Shown: piece after piece, positions 24,284 to 37,874 of the stretch | How positions within the stretch are numbered: position 1 is the first letter of the stretch | How the letters are laid out: each line of letters begins with the position of its first letter | Assembly (NCBI RefSeq): GCF_036321535.1 | Contig: NC_087437.1 | Span: 75,456,001 to 75,520,000, forward strand | From: Camelus dromedarius | Lineage: Eukaryota | DNA: 64,000 nucleotides | Reading direction: 5' to 3' | The notes under the pieces: generated by a model | Databases searched by the model: none | Seen by the model: the letters and a program-made list of their open reading frames with translations, nothing else | Told to the model about the DNA's origin: nothing | Position numbers and translations under genes: made by a program

Positions 24284-26855
24284 CTAAATAAAACAAATAA
24301 CAAGTCTATAAGCTGGAAGAAAACTTACCAGAAAATAAAAGACAATGTATAGGTGGGTGGGTAGAGTATGTTTACTGTTTTTAAAAGTAGCTATTTCTGT
24401 ATTCTGGGTGGGAGGCAGATTTCATGTTAGTGAAAGGACTTTTCCTAATGAAAATACCCATTAAAGATATGGCCAACAGTCCTATCTTGACCAGAGTGTT
24501 CTTCATGAGCGTAAATAATACCTCCCAGTCTCAATGTCTCTATTGTGGGAAACCTGCAAAACCTGTAATATTAGCCAGTTTGGGGCATAGTGGGGATGAG
24601 AGTTAGGAGAGGCAATGATTTTTCTATGCATTTTAAGTTTCTACTATTTTATATTGTGGTAAGAGAATGAGCACATTTTTCAAAGAACTAATTACTACAA
24701 ACCAGCCTCAGCCTAGTGTTTTCCTTGGGGGAGTGAAGGGAGGGTGTAGTGCACCCTTGGCTTGGAGAAGACAGGATCCTAGAGGAATAGAGGTAAGAAG
24801 TGCAGAGGTGATGAAACCTGAGTAGAAGCCATGGTCTTGAGTAAAAGCTGACAGGTGACCACCTGGATAACAGTGCCTGGAGCTCCTCAGGAATAACTGG
24901 AGGAGTCCAAACTTTTTCTAGCATCTTGTTTGGAACTAGAATTGCTATAATTAGTATTAAGGGAAGTGGGGAACCCAGAAGGCAGAAACTTGGAGACCTT
25001 GAGTGACCAAAGCCTGAGCCTGCTAATCTTGTGATCCACGCTCTACCAAAGAGTAAGGAGCAAGCATTAGAACACAAAGGTCAAATTCAGGGGAAAACTA
25101 TTTATGGCTCTTCTTTAAAATGAATGGCTTTGTATGACAGATGTCACTTATCATGAATATAACTTTACTTAATGTTTTACAGCCAATAAAACATTAATCT
25201 CCGCACATTTTTGTCATTCTGAAATTCTATACCCATTGTAAAGAAGGAGCAATTAAGTAGAAATATTGACTTTCTAAAGTGTTTTCATATGTGTATTTTT
25301 CCTCCTGAAGAAAATTCTGCCGTGACTAGCTTCTTACTTTATCCATGACCCTCAGTTCCCACATTTGTAAAGAGATTTATCCAAGATCATATGCTGATTC
25401 AGCATCAAAATTTGGCGAGAATTTTTTAATTTCACTCAATCCAGTGAAGCCTTTATAGAGAAGATCTAGACTCTAGGAGTCATGACCCCCACCATCTGGG
25501 TGTCCTTTTCCAATACTGTAGTATCCCCTGGGCAAGGCAGCAAGCAGAAAATTGCAACTGAGAACAGTACACCAAGTTTCCTTGAAAGACTGATGTCTAG
25601 GGTACCAGGACTATTTGTCCTATCTCCTGCCCTGATGGGTTGCTCCTGCTACAGACCTCTTCCTTGGGGGGAAATGTGGGCAATCCCTCCTCTAGTCTCA
25701 ACTGGCCAGTGTTCAGGACGAGATGTTCTGAAAAGCTTTTCTTTGACAGGGATGGAATGGTCCTGATGCTTCACTTTGTAGAAACTGAAAATTAGATCTC
25801 TAGTGAGAAAGACAGGCCATATGTGGTCTTCAGATCATTTCTTCCTGATTATTTTTCTAAACTCCAAAATGAATGCAATGTTCAAAAAAATAGAATTAAA
25901 GCTTTTTACATAAAACTGACACTTCTATTTTGAAGAAAAAGAGGAGATTCAACTGCATCTGTTTTTACCCCCTAAAAGCAGCAGCTCTACAAAGGGAGTG
26001 CTATCAGTGTCTAGAAGCTTCTGTCTATCTGAAGACTCCTTGACCTTAGAACAACTCCATATTCTTATCTCCAAATCTCACTACATAGCATCTCCAACCC
26101 TCCAAATCTGTTATTTCTCCTAATTTGCATAACTAGAATGATAAAAATATTTCTAAAACATATGTTCCGCTTACTCATATCTTTAATGAAGAATAGAAAG
26201 AGAGGTGCCATGGTGTCCCACAATGTCAAGTTGCCAGCTTCAGGATAAAGGTGATCAACCCACTTAGAAAGTCAACTTCATGAGCACACACTCCATGACT
26301 CTATGGACACTAGACTAGAAATATTTTAAGTTACGAATTTTGGCAGTTAGCTATCAGTAGAGGTGAAAAATGAGCTGAATCAGACATGCACTAAGTGTTT
26401 CAAATGTCCTTGGTGACTCTTCCCACCAAGGTCCCAGACTTGCTTCCCCAGCTTCCAGCAGAGCCCCAGTTCTAACTTCCTACTGGGCCTGCACATCCCC
26501 GGCTCCTGCAGCCCCAGCCCCAGAGGCACACCAGGCACAGTGGTAAGCTGGAGTGGAAGACACTCAGCCTGCACTGTCACAAAACGTGTAGGTTCCCTCT
26601 TCATTTCTAAAGCTCCGAAGCCCTAAAAAGGAAATCTTCTGGGAGTAGTTTCTTCTTTTTCTTTAATGCAGGACTTCTGTACGGTTAAAGAAAGGAGGTT
26701 GTCTACCATCTTGACCAGAAATAGCCTTGGAGATAGTATTTTCAGAAATACTAATCACAAGTATTCTTTAAATGCCAACCTGATTTTCCTGTTTGATGTT
26801 CACAATCTCTCCTGCTATGCCTGAAACCTGTCATCCAGCCTTCCTTGTAACTTAC

Positions 26856-27173
26856 CTACATGCAGTGTTTGGACGGTGAGTAAAGTATATCTGCTTGAAG
26901 AAATATTGCATAAGTACTCCCCACTGTCTGAAGGACTAAGATCCTTCAAAGTCAAAGAGAAGTCATGCTGGTTTATTAGCAGTTTGTTCCGTGAAAGTCG
27001 GGGTTCATTGATAACTGTTTTTTGCGAGGAGTTCAGAAAGTAAGCCAGGACGGAGGAAGTCCCACTTTCCACTCTGGACCAAGTGACTGTGAAGTCTTGA
27101 CTTGGTAGGAAAGAACTGTTTGCAGGTTCACATGAGAGTAAAACGTTCTCACTGTGTGTTTTACAAAGGCCAT
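26856..27173 (-). CDS. HHLA2: HHLA2 IgV2 exon
   Basis: 318 nt phase 1/1, ctgttgttAG...GTAAGT; LSCEP...QDFTVTWSR...DSGEYLCNISS.RYTLLTVQTLHV. Confidence 0.96.
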
Positions 27174-27419
27174 CTAACAACAGGAGAGAAAAGTAAACAT
27201 CAATGAAAACAAATTTTCACATTTTCACTTAGAAATATCTTTGAAAATACCCTTTGGAAAGCAATTAGATATTTGTGCTGTGGGGTTTCTTAAGAGCTTT
27301 ACTACAATTTTGAAGTCTCCCACCAAAGTTAAGTCTAGGCTTCACGAAGGCCTAAGCCTGGGCCAACTATGGAGGTGACACACCCGGGTTTTTAGCTCCT
27401 ACAACCTGACAGTGATCAC

Positions 27420-28295
27420 TCAGTCTTTTTACCTCTGTGTTCTGTGGGCCCCTTGAATGCTGATGTTCCCTATGACTGCCTTCTTGTCATGCTGTCTACT
27501 CCTTAGTGGCCTCTGCTCCTTTCATGGTCTCAACCACTTCTTAATCTCTCTTTCTGGACAAAGTCTCTTCCCCTGCACGTAAGAAATCTATTTGCAGCTG
27601 TGTGCAGGCTATCCCCCACTGGGTTGTAGAGCAGGGACTCTCTGCGGGGTACTCTTAGCTTGCCCCTCCAGAGCGAGCTCCCTCCTGTCCTTCCTGTGCT
27701 GGAGTTCTGTCAGCTGACCTCTAGGGACTACCATGAATTGTCCTCCCTGGTTCTAGACTCACCTAATTTGCGGTCCACCTGCAAGAGAGTGATGCCAAAG
27801 CAAGCCATCTAGAATGCCAGCTCCATTCTCTCTGAGGCTTCATAGCCTCCTCTGGCTCCACACTCCCTCCAGGACCTGCTCCAGCTCCTCAGCAAGATGA
27901 AGTCCTTTGATCTGATGTTTGCCTCCCTCTCCAGGCTTATCTCCTGATACTTCAGTTTCACCCTCAACCACTTACACTTCTACAAATCCAGGCAGTATTT
28001 ATTTACTCCTTTGTGCTTTTGTGCATAGTATGTTTTTCACCTGGAATATCTGTGGTCTCCTGGAATTCCCTACTACTCTTAAAATTCTGCCCTTGTGCAA
28101 CTTCCTTAAGCATATATTCTGTAACAACCTGATCCACAGTGAACAGAATTAATCACTCCCTTTGTTTGCTACCTTCCTGGTTTAGTTGTATTTTTACATG
28201 TTTGTACTATATGCTGTGGATCCAGAAGTAAGAGTTCAGTCTTAAGTTCAAAGTCTGAGCATGACAAAGCTTGGCACATAATAGATCCTTGACAA
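27420..28295 (+). mobile_element. Degraded L2 fragments
   Basis: Pyrimidine-rich L2-like sequence ending in cttggcacataatagatcct. Confidence 0.45.
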
Positions 28296-31200
28296 AACAA
28301 AATAGCACTGAGTCTAAGGACTCAGGATAGAACTTAGAACTTCAGGATACTCAATTCTGAATAAACATGAGAAGATATGATGGTCCAAAGAAAATATTTA
28401 CAATTTAATATTAACAATTAACAACTGCAACACTTCCCCTAGTTTTCATTGCAGCCCAGCTGAAGAAAAGTGAACAATGGCTTGCCCATGCCTTTAACAC
28501 TGAAATCATATAAAGGTGGTGACATACTCATAATTTTAGTGTCCTCTTGGTAAATATTTTGAGAATGTGAAACTCAGGGGTAGAGGCAGGATCAAGCTGG
28601 TAGAGTAAGAAGACCCTGAGCTCACCTCCTCCCATGGCACACCAAAACTACAACTACGCATAGAGCAACTCTTGCTGAGAGTACCCTTTGAAGAACAGCA
28701 GAACGGCTCATATACATCTAAAGATATAAAGAAAAAATCACGCTGAGGTGGGAAGGAGGCGGAGAGAAATGATCTCATCAGGACTCACCCACGAGGGTGG
28801 TGCAGAAGAGAAGGCAAATATCAAAAACTGAGAGATCCTCCCTAAGGAGGAAGGGGTATGAGCCCCACACTGGGAACCCCAAACCTGTGGTCTGGCACTG
28901 AGAAGATGAGCCCCCTTAACTGGTTTGAAAACCAGTGGGGTTTACAGCTAGGAGAACCAGAAATCTATTGGCACCTGAGACTCCTCTGTTCAAGGACAGG
29001 TATACAAACTTACTCACTTCTACTCCCAGTGCAGAGGAAAAAGACTGAAGAGTGACTGGTGGGTACTCTAGCCAACCTGCCAGGACTGCCCAGCATGCCT
29101 TCCAGCCTGCACTAGGCTCTCGCTCCAACCCCACTCCCGCCAAAGCAGCAGCCCTTGTATGTCCCAGGAAAGGCCCTGGCCTATGCTGTGCTTCAACTCT
29201 AGGCCACCTCCCCAGCTCCAGCTAACCCCTACCAAGCTGATGGCCCTGGTGTGCCCCAGAAAAAGACCCTCTCTATGCTTGCTTCATATTCAGCTCTCCC
29301 ACCAAAGCCATGGGCACACAGAGACTGCATGGGGACACTCCCCCACAAGGACATGCCTTCAAGACTGGGATAGGTAATTGTTTTGCCTAATTTCACAAAC
29401 ACAGAGTGTTGAACAAAATGAGAAGACAGAGAAATATGTTCCAAATGAAAGAACAACCCTAATGAAATGGAGATAAATAATTTACCTGATAAAGAGTTCA
29501 AAGCAATGATCATAAAAATGCTAAGTGAACTCAAGAAAAGAATAGAACACAGTAAGAACTTCAACAAAGAATTGGAAAATGTAAAAAAAAGAACCAATAA
29601 GAGCTGAAGAATACAATAACTGAAATGAAAATTACTCTAGAGGGAATCAACAACAGATTAGGTAATACATAAGAATGTACAAGTGACCTGGAAGCCAGAG
29701 TAGTAGTAATCACCTAATCAAAATAGCAAAAAGAAAAAAAAATTAAATGAGGATAGTTTAAGGGACTTCTGGGACAACAGCAAGCATGCTAGTATTTATA
29801 TTATAGATGTCCCAGAAGTCAAAGAGAGAGAGGAAGGGGAAGAAAACATATTTGATGAAATAATGGCTGAAAAATTCCCTAACCTGAAAAAGGAAACAGA
29901 AATCCAGGTCTAGGAAGCTCAAAGGGTTCCCCCCAAAATGAACCCAAATATATCCACAGCAACATATCATAATTAAAATGGCAAAAATTAAAGATAAAAA
30001 GAGAATTTCCAAGGCAGCAAGAGAAAAGCAAAGAGTCACAAACAAGGGGACCCCTATAAGACCATAAGCTGATTTTTCAGCAAAAATGTTGAAGGCTAGA
30101 AAGGACTGGTTGTATGAAAGCACTGATATAATGTAAAGTGCTTAAAAGAAGAAACATATAACCTAGGATACTCTTCCCAGCAAGGTTATCACTCAGAATT
30201 GAAGAAATAGAGTTTCTCAAACAAACAAAACCTACCAAGAGTTCATCACCAGTAAACTGGCCTTACAAGAAATGTTAAAAGTTCTTATTTAAGTGAAAAA
30301 AGAAGGCCATAATAAGAAAATACATGAAGGAAAAAAAATCTCACTGGTAAAGGCAAATGTAGAGTAAAGGAAATGGATCAACTACTTTAAAAAGTTAGTA
30401 TAAAGGTTAAAAAAGTTGTAAAACCAACTATAAGTACAAGAATTAAGGGATACACATAGAGATGTAAAATATGACATAAAAACAAAACTTTTGCAGGGAG
30501 AGTAAACATGTAGAACTTTTAGAATGTGTTTGACTTAAATGACTATCAGTTTAAAATAAAAAAAAATATATATATATATTTTAATATGTACAAATCTTAT
30601 AGTAACCACAAAAACCAACTACAAGAGATAAAAACCAAGAGAAATGAATCCAACAATAACACTAATGAAAGTTATCAAACCATAAGGGAAGTGACTTAAG
30701 AACAGAGAACTACAAAAATAATCAGAAAACAAGTAACAAAACAGCAGTAAGTATATACCTATCAACAATCACTTAAAAGTAAATGGACTAAACACTTCAA
30801 TCAAAAGATATAGGGTGGGTGAATGTATAAAAAAATAAGAACTATTTATGCTGCCTATAAGAGATTCATTTCAAAGCTAAAGATACACACACAGAGAATA
30901 AATGGATGGGAAAAGATTCTATACAAATGGAAACAAAAAGAAAGCTGGGGTAGCAATACTCACATCAAACAAAATAGACATTAAAATAAAGTCCACAACA
31001 AAAGACAAAAAGGAAATTATATAATGATAAAGGGTCAATCTATGAAGATTTAACATTTATAAACATATATGCACCTAACATAGGAGAAACCAAAATATAT
31101 AAAGCAAATATTGCAGACATGCAAGGGAGAAATTGACAGTAATACAATAATTGTAGGGGACTTCAATATCCCACTTATATCAATGGATAGATCATCCAGA

Positions 31201-32360
31201 CAGAAAATCAGTAAGGAAACAGTGGTCTTAAATGACACATTAGGCCAGATGGACTTAATAAATAACTAGAGACAATTTCATACAAAAAAAATCAGAATCT
31301 ACATTCTTTTAAAGGCACATGGAGCATTCTCCAGGATGGATCTCATGCTAGGCTACAAAACAAGTCTCAATAAATTTAAGATTGAAATCATATCAAGCAT
31401 CTTTTCTGACTACAACAGTATGAAACTATAAATCAATTACAGGAATAAAACTGGAAAGAACACAAACACATGGAGACTAAACAACAAGCTACTGAAAAAC
31501 CAAAGGGTCATGAAGAAATCAAAGAGGAAATTAAAAAATATCTTGAGACAAATGAAAATAGAAACACAATGTTCAGAACCTATGGGACACAGCACAAGCA
31601 GTTCTAAGAAGGAAGTTTATCATAATATAAATCTACTTCAAGAAACAAGAAAGATCTCAAATAATGTCATTTTCTACCTAAAGGATATAGAAAAAAGAAC
31701 AAACAAAGCTCAAAGCCAGTAGAAGGAAATAATATTAAGGTCAGAGTAGAAATAAAGGATAAAGAGACCAAAGATTAGAAGTATCAATGAAACTAAGAGC
31801 TGTTTCTTTGAAAAGATAAACAAAATTGAAAAACATTTAGCCCAACTCATCAAGAAAAAGAGGTCCCAAATAAATAAAATTAGAAACCAAAGAGGAGAAG
31901 TTACAGCCAATATCCCAGAAACAATCATAGGAGAGACTATGAAAATTTATACATCAACAAATTGGACAACCTGGAAGAAATGGATAAATCCCTAGAAATT
32001 TACAATTTTCTAAGACTGATTCAGGGAGAAGTAGAAAATCTGAACAGACTGAATCATACAAGTGAAAATGAATCAGTAATCAAAAAACCTCAACAAAATT
32101 CCAGGACCAAATGGCTTTACAGAATAATTCTACCAAATATTTAAAGGATTAATGATTAACCCTCTCAAACTATTCCAAAAAACTGAAGAGGAGAGAATGC
32201 TTCCAGACACATTTTACAAGCCCAACGTTACCCTGATACAAAACCAAACAAAACACTACAAGAAAAGAAAATTACTGGTCAATATTGCGAGTGAACATAG
32301 CATCAAAAATCCTCAACAGAACATTAGCAAACCAAATTAATTCAACAATACATTAAAAGG

Positions 32361-32591
32361 TAAACAACATGGTCCTACTATATAGCACAGGAAACTATAT
32401 TCAATACCTTATAATGGCCTATAATGAAAAATAATATGAAAAGGAATATGTATGTGTATGTGTGTGTATGTGTATATATACTATACACACACACACACAT
32501 ATATATGAATCACTGTGCTGTACACCAGAAATTAACACAACATTGTAAAGCAACTATATTTCAATAAAAAAAAAAAGATTCACAAAAAACC
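32361..32591 (+). mobile_element. Nested short L1 3'-end insertion with polyA and 15-bp TSD
   Basis: CAATACATTAAAAGG duplicated at 32346-32360 and 32592-32606; the insert ends ...caactatatttcaataaaaaaaaaaa. Confidence 0.9.
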
Positions 32592-35056
32592 CAATACATT
32601 AAAAGGATCATATGTCATGATCAAGTGCAATTTATCCCAGGGATGCAAGGATAGTTTAATATCCATAAATCAATCAATATAATATACCTAATAAAGTGAA
32701 AGATAAAAATCACATGATCCCAAAAGATGCAGAAAAAGCATTTGAAAAAAATCCAACATTCACTTATAATAAAAACTCTCCACATTCATTCATATAATAA
32801 AAAGAGAACATACATGCAAATAATAGAAGCCATATATGATAAAACCATGGATAAAATCATACCCAAGGGTGAAAAGTTAAAAGCTTTCCCTCCAAGATCA
32901 GGAACAAGAATGCCCACTCTTGCCACTTCTATTTAACATAGTATTAGAAGTCCTAGCTACAGCAATCAGATAAGAGAGAAAAACAAAAGGCAACCAAATT
33001 GGAAGGGAAGAAGTTAAGCTGTCACTATGTGCACATGACATGATATCATATATAGAAAACCCTAAAATCTCCACATACACCAAAAAAACTGTTAGAACTA
33101 ATTTAAAAATTTAGTAAATTTGCTGGATACAAAATCAGTGTACAAAAATCAGTTGTGTTTCTGTACACTAATAATGAACTATCAGATAGAGAAATTAGAA
33201 CAATCTCATTTATAATCAAATTTTTAAAAATACCTAGGAATAAATCTAACCAAGTAAGTGAAAGATCTGTACTCTAAAAATAAGACACTGATAAAAGAAA
33301 TTGAAAATAATACAAATAATGGGAAAATACCCTGTGTTCATGGACTGGAAAATTAACATTGTTAAAATGTCCATACTACTCAAAGCAATCTACAGATTTA
33401 ATGCAACCCCTATCAAAATACCCATGGCATATTTCACAGAACAAGAACAAATAATTCTAAAATTGTATGGAAACACGAAAGACCCCAAATAGCCAAAACA
33501 ATCTTGAGAGAGAACAAAACTGGAGTTACCATGCTCCCTGACTTCAAACTATACTACAAAGCTATAGTAATCAAAACAGTATGGTACCAGCACAAAATCA
33601 GACACATAGATCAATGGAACAGAATAGAGCACTCAGAAATAAATGCATACACATACGGTCAGTTAATCTCTGACAAAGGAGACAAAAATATACAATGGGG
33701 AAAGGGTAGTCTCTTCAATAAGTGGTGCTGGGAAAACTGAACAGCTACATATTAAAAAAAAAAAAAAACTAGAATAACTTCTTATACCGTATATAAATAT
33801 AAACTCAAAATGGGTTAAAGATTTAAATTTAAGACCTGAAATCATAAAATTCATGGAGGTAAACATAGATAGCATGCTCTTTGATATCAGTCTTAATATT
33901 TTTTTTGGCTCAGTCTCCTCAGGCAAGGGCAACAGAAGCAAAAATAAACAAATGGGACCTAATCAAATTTTAAAGCTTTTACACAGGGAAGGAATCCACC
34001 AATAAAACTAAAAGGCAACATACTGAATGGGAGAAGCTATTTGCAAGTAATATACCTGATAAGGGTTTAATATCCAAAACATATAAAGAACTTACACAAT
34101 TCAAAAAAAAAAAAAAAAGCCCCAAACAACCTGATTTAAAAATGGGCAGAAGACTTGAATAGACATTCTTCCAAAGAAGACATACAGATGGCCAACAGGC
34201 ACATGAAAAGATGCTTCACATCACTAATCATCAGGGAAGTGCAAATTTAAAACACAATGAGATATCACTTCACGCCTGTCAGAAATACTGTTATCAAAAA
34301 GACAACACTTGTTGGTGGGCAACTGGAGAAAGGGGAACCCTTGTGCACTGTTAGTGGGAATGTGAATTGGTGCAGCCACTATGGAAAACATGATGGATGT
34401 TGCCCCCAAAATTAAAAACAGAACTACCATAATGATGCAGAAATTCCACTCCTGGGTGTTTATCTGAAGAAAACAAAAACACTAATTCAAAAAGATATAT
34501 GTACCCCAATGTTCATAGCTCATAGCACCATTATTTACAATAACCAAGATATGGAGGCAACCATATGTGTCCACTGACAGATGAATGGATAAATGTGAGT
34601 TACACATACACACAATGGAATATTACTCAGCTATAAAAAGGAATGAAATCTTGCTGTTTGTGACAACATGGATGGACTTGTAAGGGTATGATGATTAGTG
34701 AAATAAGTAGGCAGAGAATGGCAAATACTGTCTGGTTTCAGTTATACGTGGAATCTAAAAAACAAAAACAAATGTATATAATGAAACAGAAACAGGCTCA
34801 CAAACACCGAGAACAAATCAGTGGTTACCAGATGGGAGAGGGATAGGAGAGGAGCGAAATGGGTAAAGGAGGTTAAGAGATACAAACTTTACCAGTTATA
34901 AAATAAATGAGTCACAGAGATGTAATGCATATCACAAGGAATATAGTCAACATTTCATAATAACTTTGTATGGTATGCAATCTATAACAGTATCTTACCA
35001 CTGTGTTTTATACCTGAAACTAATTTAACATTGTAAGTCAACTATATTTCAATATT

Positions 35057-35244
35057 TTTTTATATGTATATTTTTATTGAAGTATAGTTGGTTTACAATG
35101 TTGTGTCAGTTTCTGGTGTACAGCATAATGCTTCAGTTATACATGAACATATATATTCATTTTCATATTCTTTTTCACCATAAGTTACTACAAGATACTG
35201 AATATAGTTTCCTGAGATATACAGTATGAACTTGTTGTTTACCT
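35057..35244 (-). mobile_element. Nested short L1 3'-end insertion in the tail of the host L1
   Basis: tttttattgaagtatagttggtttac...cttgttgtttacct; possible short TSD AATATT at 35051 and 35245. Confidence 0.8.
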
Positions 35245-36047
35245 AATATTCAGTAAATTTAAACATTAGAAAAAAAGAAACTCAAGGGAAGAGAAGGCCA
35301 GAAAGGATAGCTAATCTCCACTTTCCCCATATAATGATTCACAGAAAATTTTTGCTTTGCTTCTAATGAAATAAAAACCAATAATTTTCCTCAGAATTGG
35401 ATAAATGGTGTCAAACCAATTTTTTCCCCCTTAAACTTTTCTTAAACAGTAGGTTATAGATATAGAGATAGGTCAAGGTTTGGGTTTATTCAAGTAAATG
35501 AGAGGAAGGAGTGTTAAAAACTGCCCATGCTATGATAGAGGTGTTTATAAAGATTAATGAGCTAATACTACTTAAGGAGACTGAACGTAAAGAGACTAAA
35601 CAGAAGCAATACTAATTTTTGTTAGTTGAACAATTGTCAAGAATCAGAGGTTGTGACCTGCTAGTAGACAAGCATCCTTTCCTTCTCTGATCATCGAAAG
35701 TGCGATGCAGGTCGAAAATCCTGTGTAGAGGATGAGCCATAGAGAAATACAGTAATGTTCATGGATATATTTGCTACTTTCTATTTCATAAATGTTTTCC
35801 TTCAACTCATAAACACATTGCAAGAATTACTTCCACTTTATCAACGAGGAACCGATGTACAGAAGTAAAGATGATTGCTTGAGGTAATACAGCCAGTAAT
35901 ATCAGACCTGGGACTCCAGTCTCAGTCTCCTAACTGCAGCAAATGCACTTCCTTTCCTTTATGTTCCTTTCTTTCCCTGCAAATCAACCCCCATTCCCTC
36001 CTGACCTCTGCCGGCACATGGAACACAGAAAGCCCTCTGGAGCCTAC

Positions 36048-36314
36048 CTTTCATTGTCCATCTCCCTGTCCATGTTTGCTTCAGTAGTGTATTTTCAATA
36101 TCACACTGATAAGATGAATTTGACCCAGTAATCTTTACTCTACTGTTAATATGAAAAGGATCCAAAGACTCAATTTCTTCCTCACTGCCTTCGGAGATAG
36201 GTGCATTATCCACTTCCCATGTGATAATTGGATGGGGATAAACACTTAACACACTGCATATTAAGAAGCTGTTTGTGTTCTTCTTTTCATACTTCATCAC
36301 AGGTGTGGCAAAAG
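36048..36314 (-). CDS. HHLA2: HHLA2 IgC exon
   Basis: 267 nt phase 1/1, cccccatAG...GTAGGC; TPVMKYEKKNTNSFLICSVLSVYPHPIITW...YQCDIENTLLKQTWTGRWTMK. Confidence 0.96.
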
Positions 36315-36945
36315 CTATGGGGGAGAAAGAAGGGCATATGAGGAACTGTCATTAGCTTCTTTTTAGGCCATCTGTGCAGAACACTTATTATTTTAGTATC
36401 CATGAAATGAAAAGCCAAGCTTTGTGAGCAAAACTTGGCAGATTCAGAAAGGAAAATCAAAACAAAAACTCTGTAGAACCTCAAAATATAGTGTGGTTCT
36501 CTACAAGGAAAAAAAGAGCACGCCTGGGTACACAGCAACTAGCAAGTTCAGTTCTCTAGAAAGAATTCTAGAGAAAAATCTAACAGCCTCACTGAGCAAC
36601 CAAAATGCAGCGTTGAAGTCAATAAACTAGACCTCGTGCAGCACTCTGTACTCTTCACGTACTGACTCAGAGCCGTTTGGACTCTTTGTTTACACATAAT
36701 TCTTAGATTTCTGAATCGAGGTCTAAAGCAGCTAAATGGAACAGAGGGAGAAGGAACAAATGCTGGATAAAACAATGCATTAGAAAATGCCCCTTCCCCT
36801 CAGTAAGTAAATGAACAGATAAATAAAGTTAATACAGACAGGAGGAAAGCATGTAATCGTAAAATTAATTCCACTTAGAAAATAGAAAAATGTCACTTAA
36901 ATCAGTAATTCAATATTTTAAGTTTTTATACTGGCAGAAATTCTT

Positions 36946-37125
36946 TTTTTTAAGTTTCTCTTTTAAATTTTTTATTTTTATTTTTTAAGCTTTGTTTGTT
37001 TGTGGGAGAGGCAATTAGGTCTATTTATTTTTAAATTTTTTTTTAAATGGAAGTACTGGGGATTGAACCCAGGACTTTGTGCATGCTAAGCATGTACTCT
37101 ACCACTGAGCAATACTCTCCCCCAA
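36946..37125 (-). mobile_element. tRNA-Ala-derived SINE (camelid vic-1-like)
   Basis: A box gctcagtggtagag and B box ggttcaatcccc on the - strand, A-rich tail, 11-bp TSD CAGAAATTCTT at 36935-36945 and 37126-37136. Confidence 0.88.
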
Positions 37126-37517
37126 CAGAAATTCTTGAGATTGGTAATATTAGGTGCTGGTAAGACTGAAGGGGAAAATTCTACACCACGGATAGAAGTA
37201 ACATATTAAAATCTTATTACTGGTACTTTTATTTCATATCATTTCCCAGTCTTAAATATAAGGATGTTCATCACAACGTTCTTCTTTTTGTCATGGAAAA
37301 TACTGCAAATACCTCAATACCTACCAGTGAAGGAATGGGAGTATCGATTACAGCGTGTCTATACTATGAGACACCGTGTTTTCAAATAATGAGGTAGACC
37401 GGTGCATATTGACTTGGAAGGAAGTCCAAAGCATATTAAATTAAAAAGAAGGCATTTCAGAAAACATGGAATGAAATGATATCGTCCTATTTAATGCAAA
37501 CTTACATGCACACTTAC

Positions 37518-37874
37518 CTCCCACTTTTAGTACAACTTTGTTTGTGATTTTTCCAGATGATGTTCCCACATAGCATATGTAAATTCCTTCATCCTGAAGG
37601 CTTAATCTTTGGAAAGATAGGGAGGCATTCCCTTTGTGAATTTCACCATGGAAGAGGGATGTCCTGTTTACGTATCTGAGATTTTGCTTTTCCAACTGGT
37701 CACTGTCTTTGTAGTATGAGTAAACATAGTTATCTTGATTCTTCCAGTGAATTACAACGTTGAGCCCACTCTCAAATAAGCAAGGGAGAATTACGTCTTC
37801 ATCAAGTCTTCCAATGACTATTTGTTCGCTTCTAGTACTGCTAGCATAACTGAAGGAAGCTAGAGAGAATGCAT
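37518..37874 (-). CDS. HHLA2: HHLA2 IgV1 exon
   Basis: 357 nt phase 1/1, ttttAG...GTAAGT; EQIVIGRLDEDVILPC...NRTSLF...DEGIYICYVGT...NKVVLKVG, B7-family IgV very like human HHLA2. Confidence 0.96.

Larger units (their letters stand above)
28578..35276 (+). mobile_element. Near full-length degraded L1 in HHLA2 IgC-IgV2 intron (antisense to HHLA2), with two nested short L1 3' ends
   Basis: 5' end aag.tgg...gaccctgagctcacctcctcccatgg, ORF1 remnants, EN domain (IYAPN; TIIVGDFNIPL), RT and C-terminal ORF2 pieces, 3'UTR; flanking direct repeat GAAACTCA(A)GGG at 28569 and 35277. Confidence 0.92.

Noticed and set aside
26662..26855. Soluble HHLA2 isoform by IgV2 read-through and intronic ATTAAA
   Set aside because: Short intronic read-through is expected by chance, and the downstream sequence is A-rich rather than GU-rich.
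37050..37123. tRNA-Ala-like sequences here and at about 58240-58313
   Set aside because: A-rich tails, a TSD and degenerate stems mark them as SINE heads, not tRNA genes.
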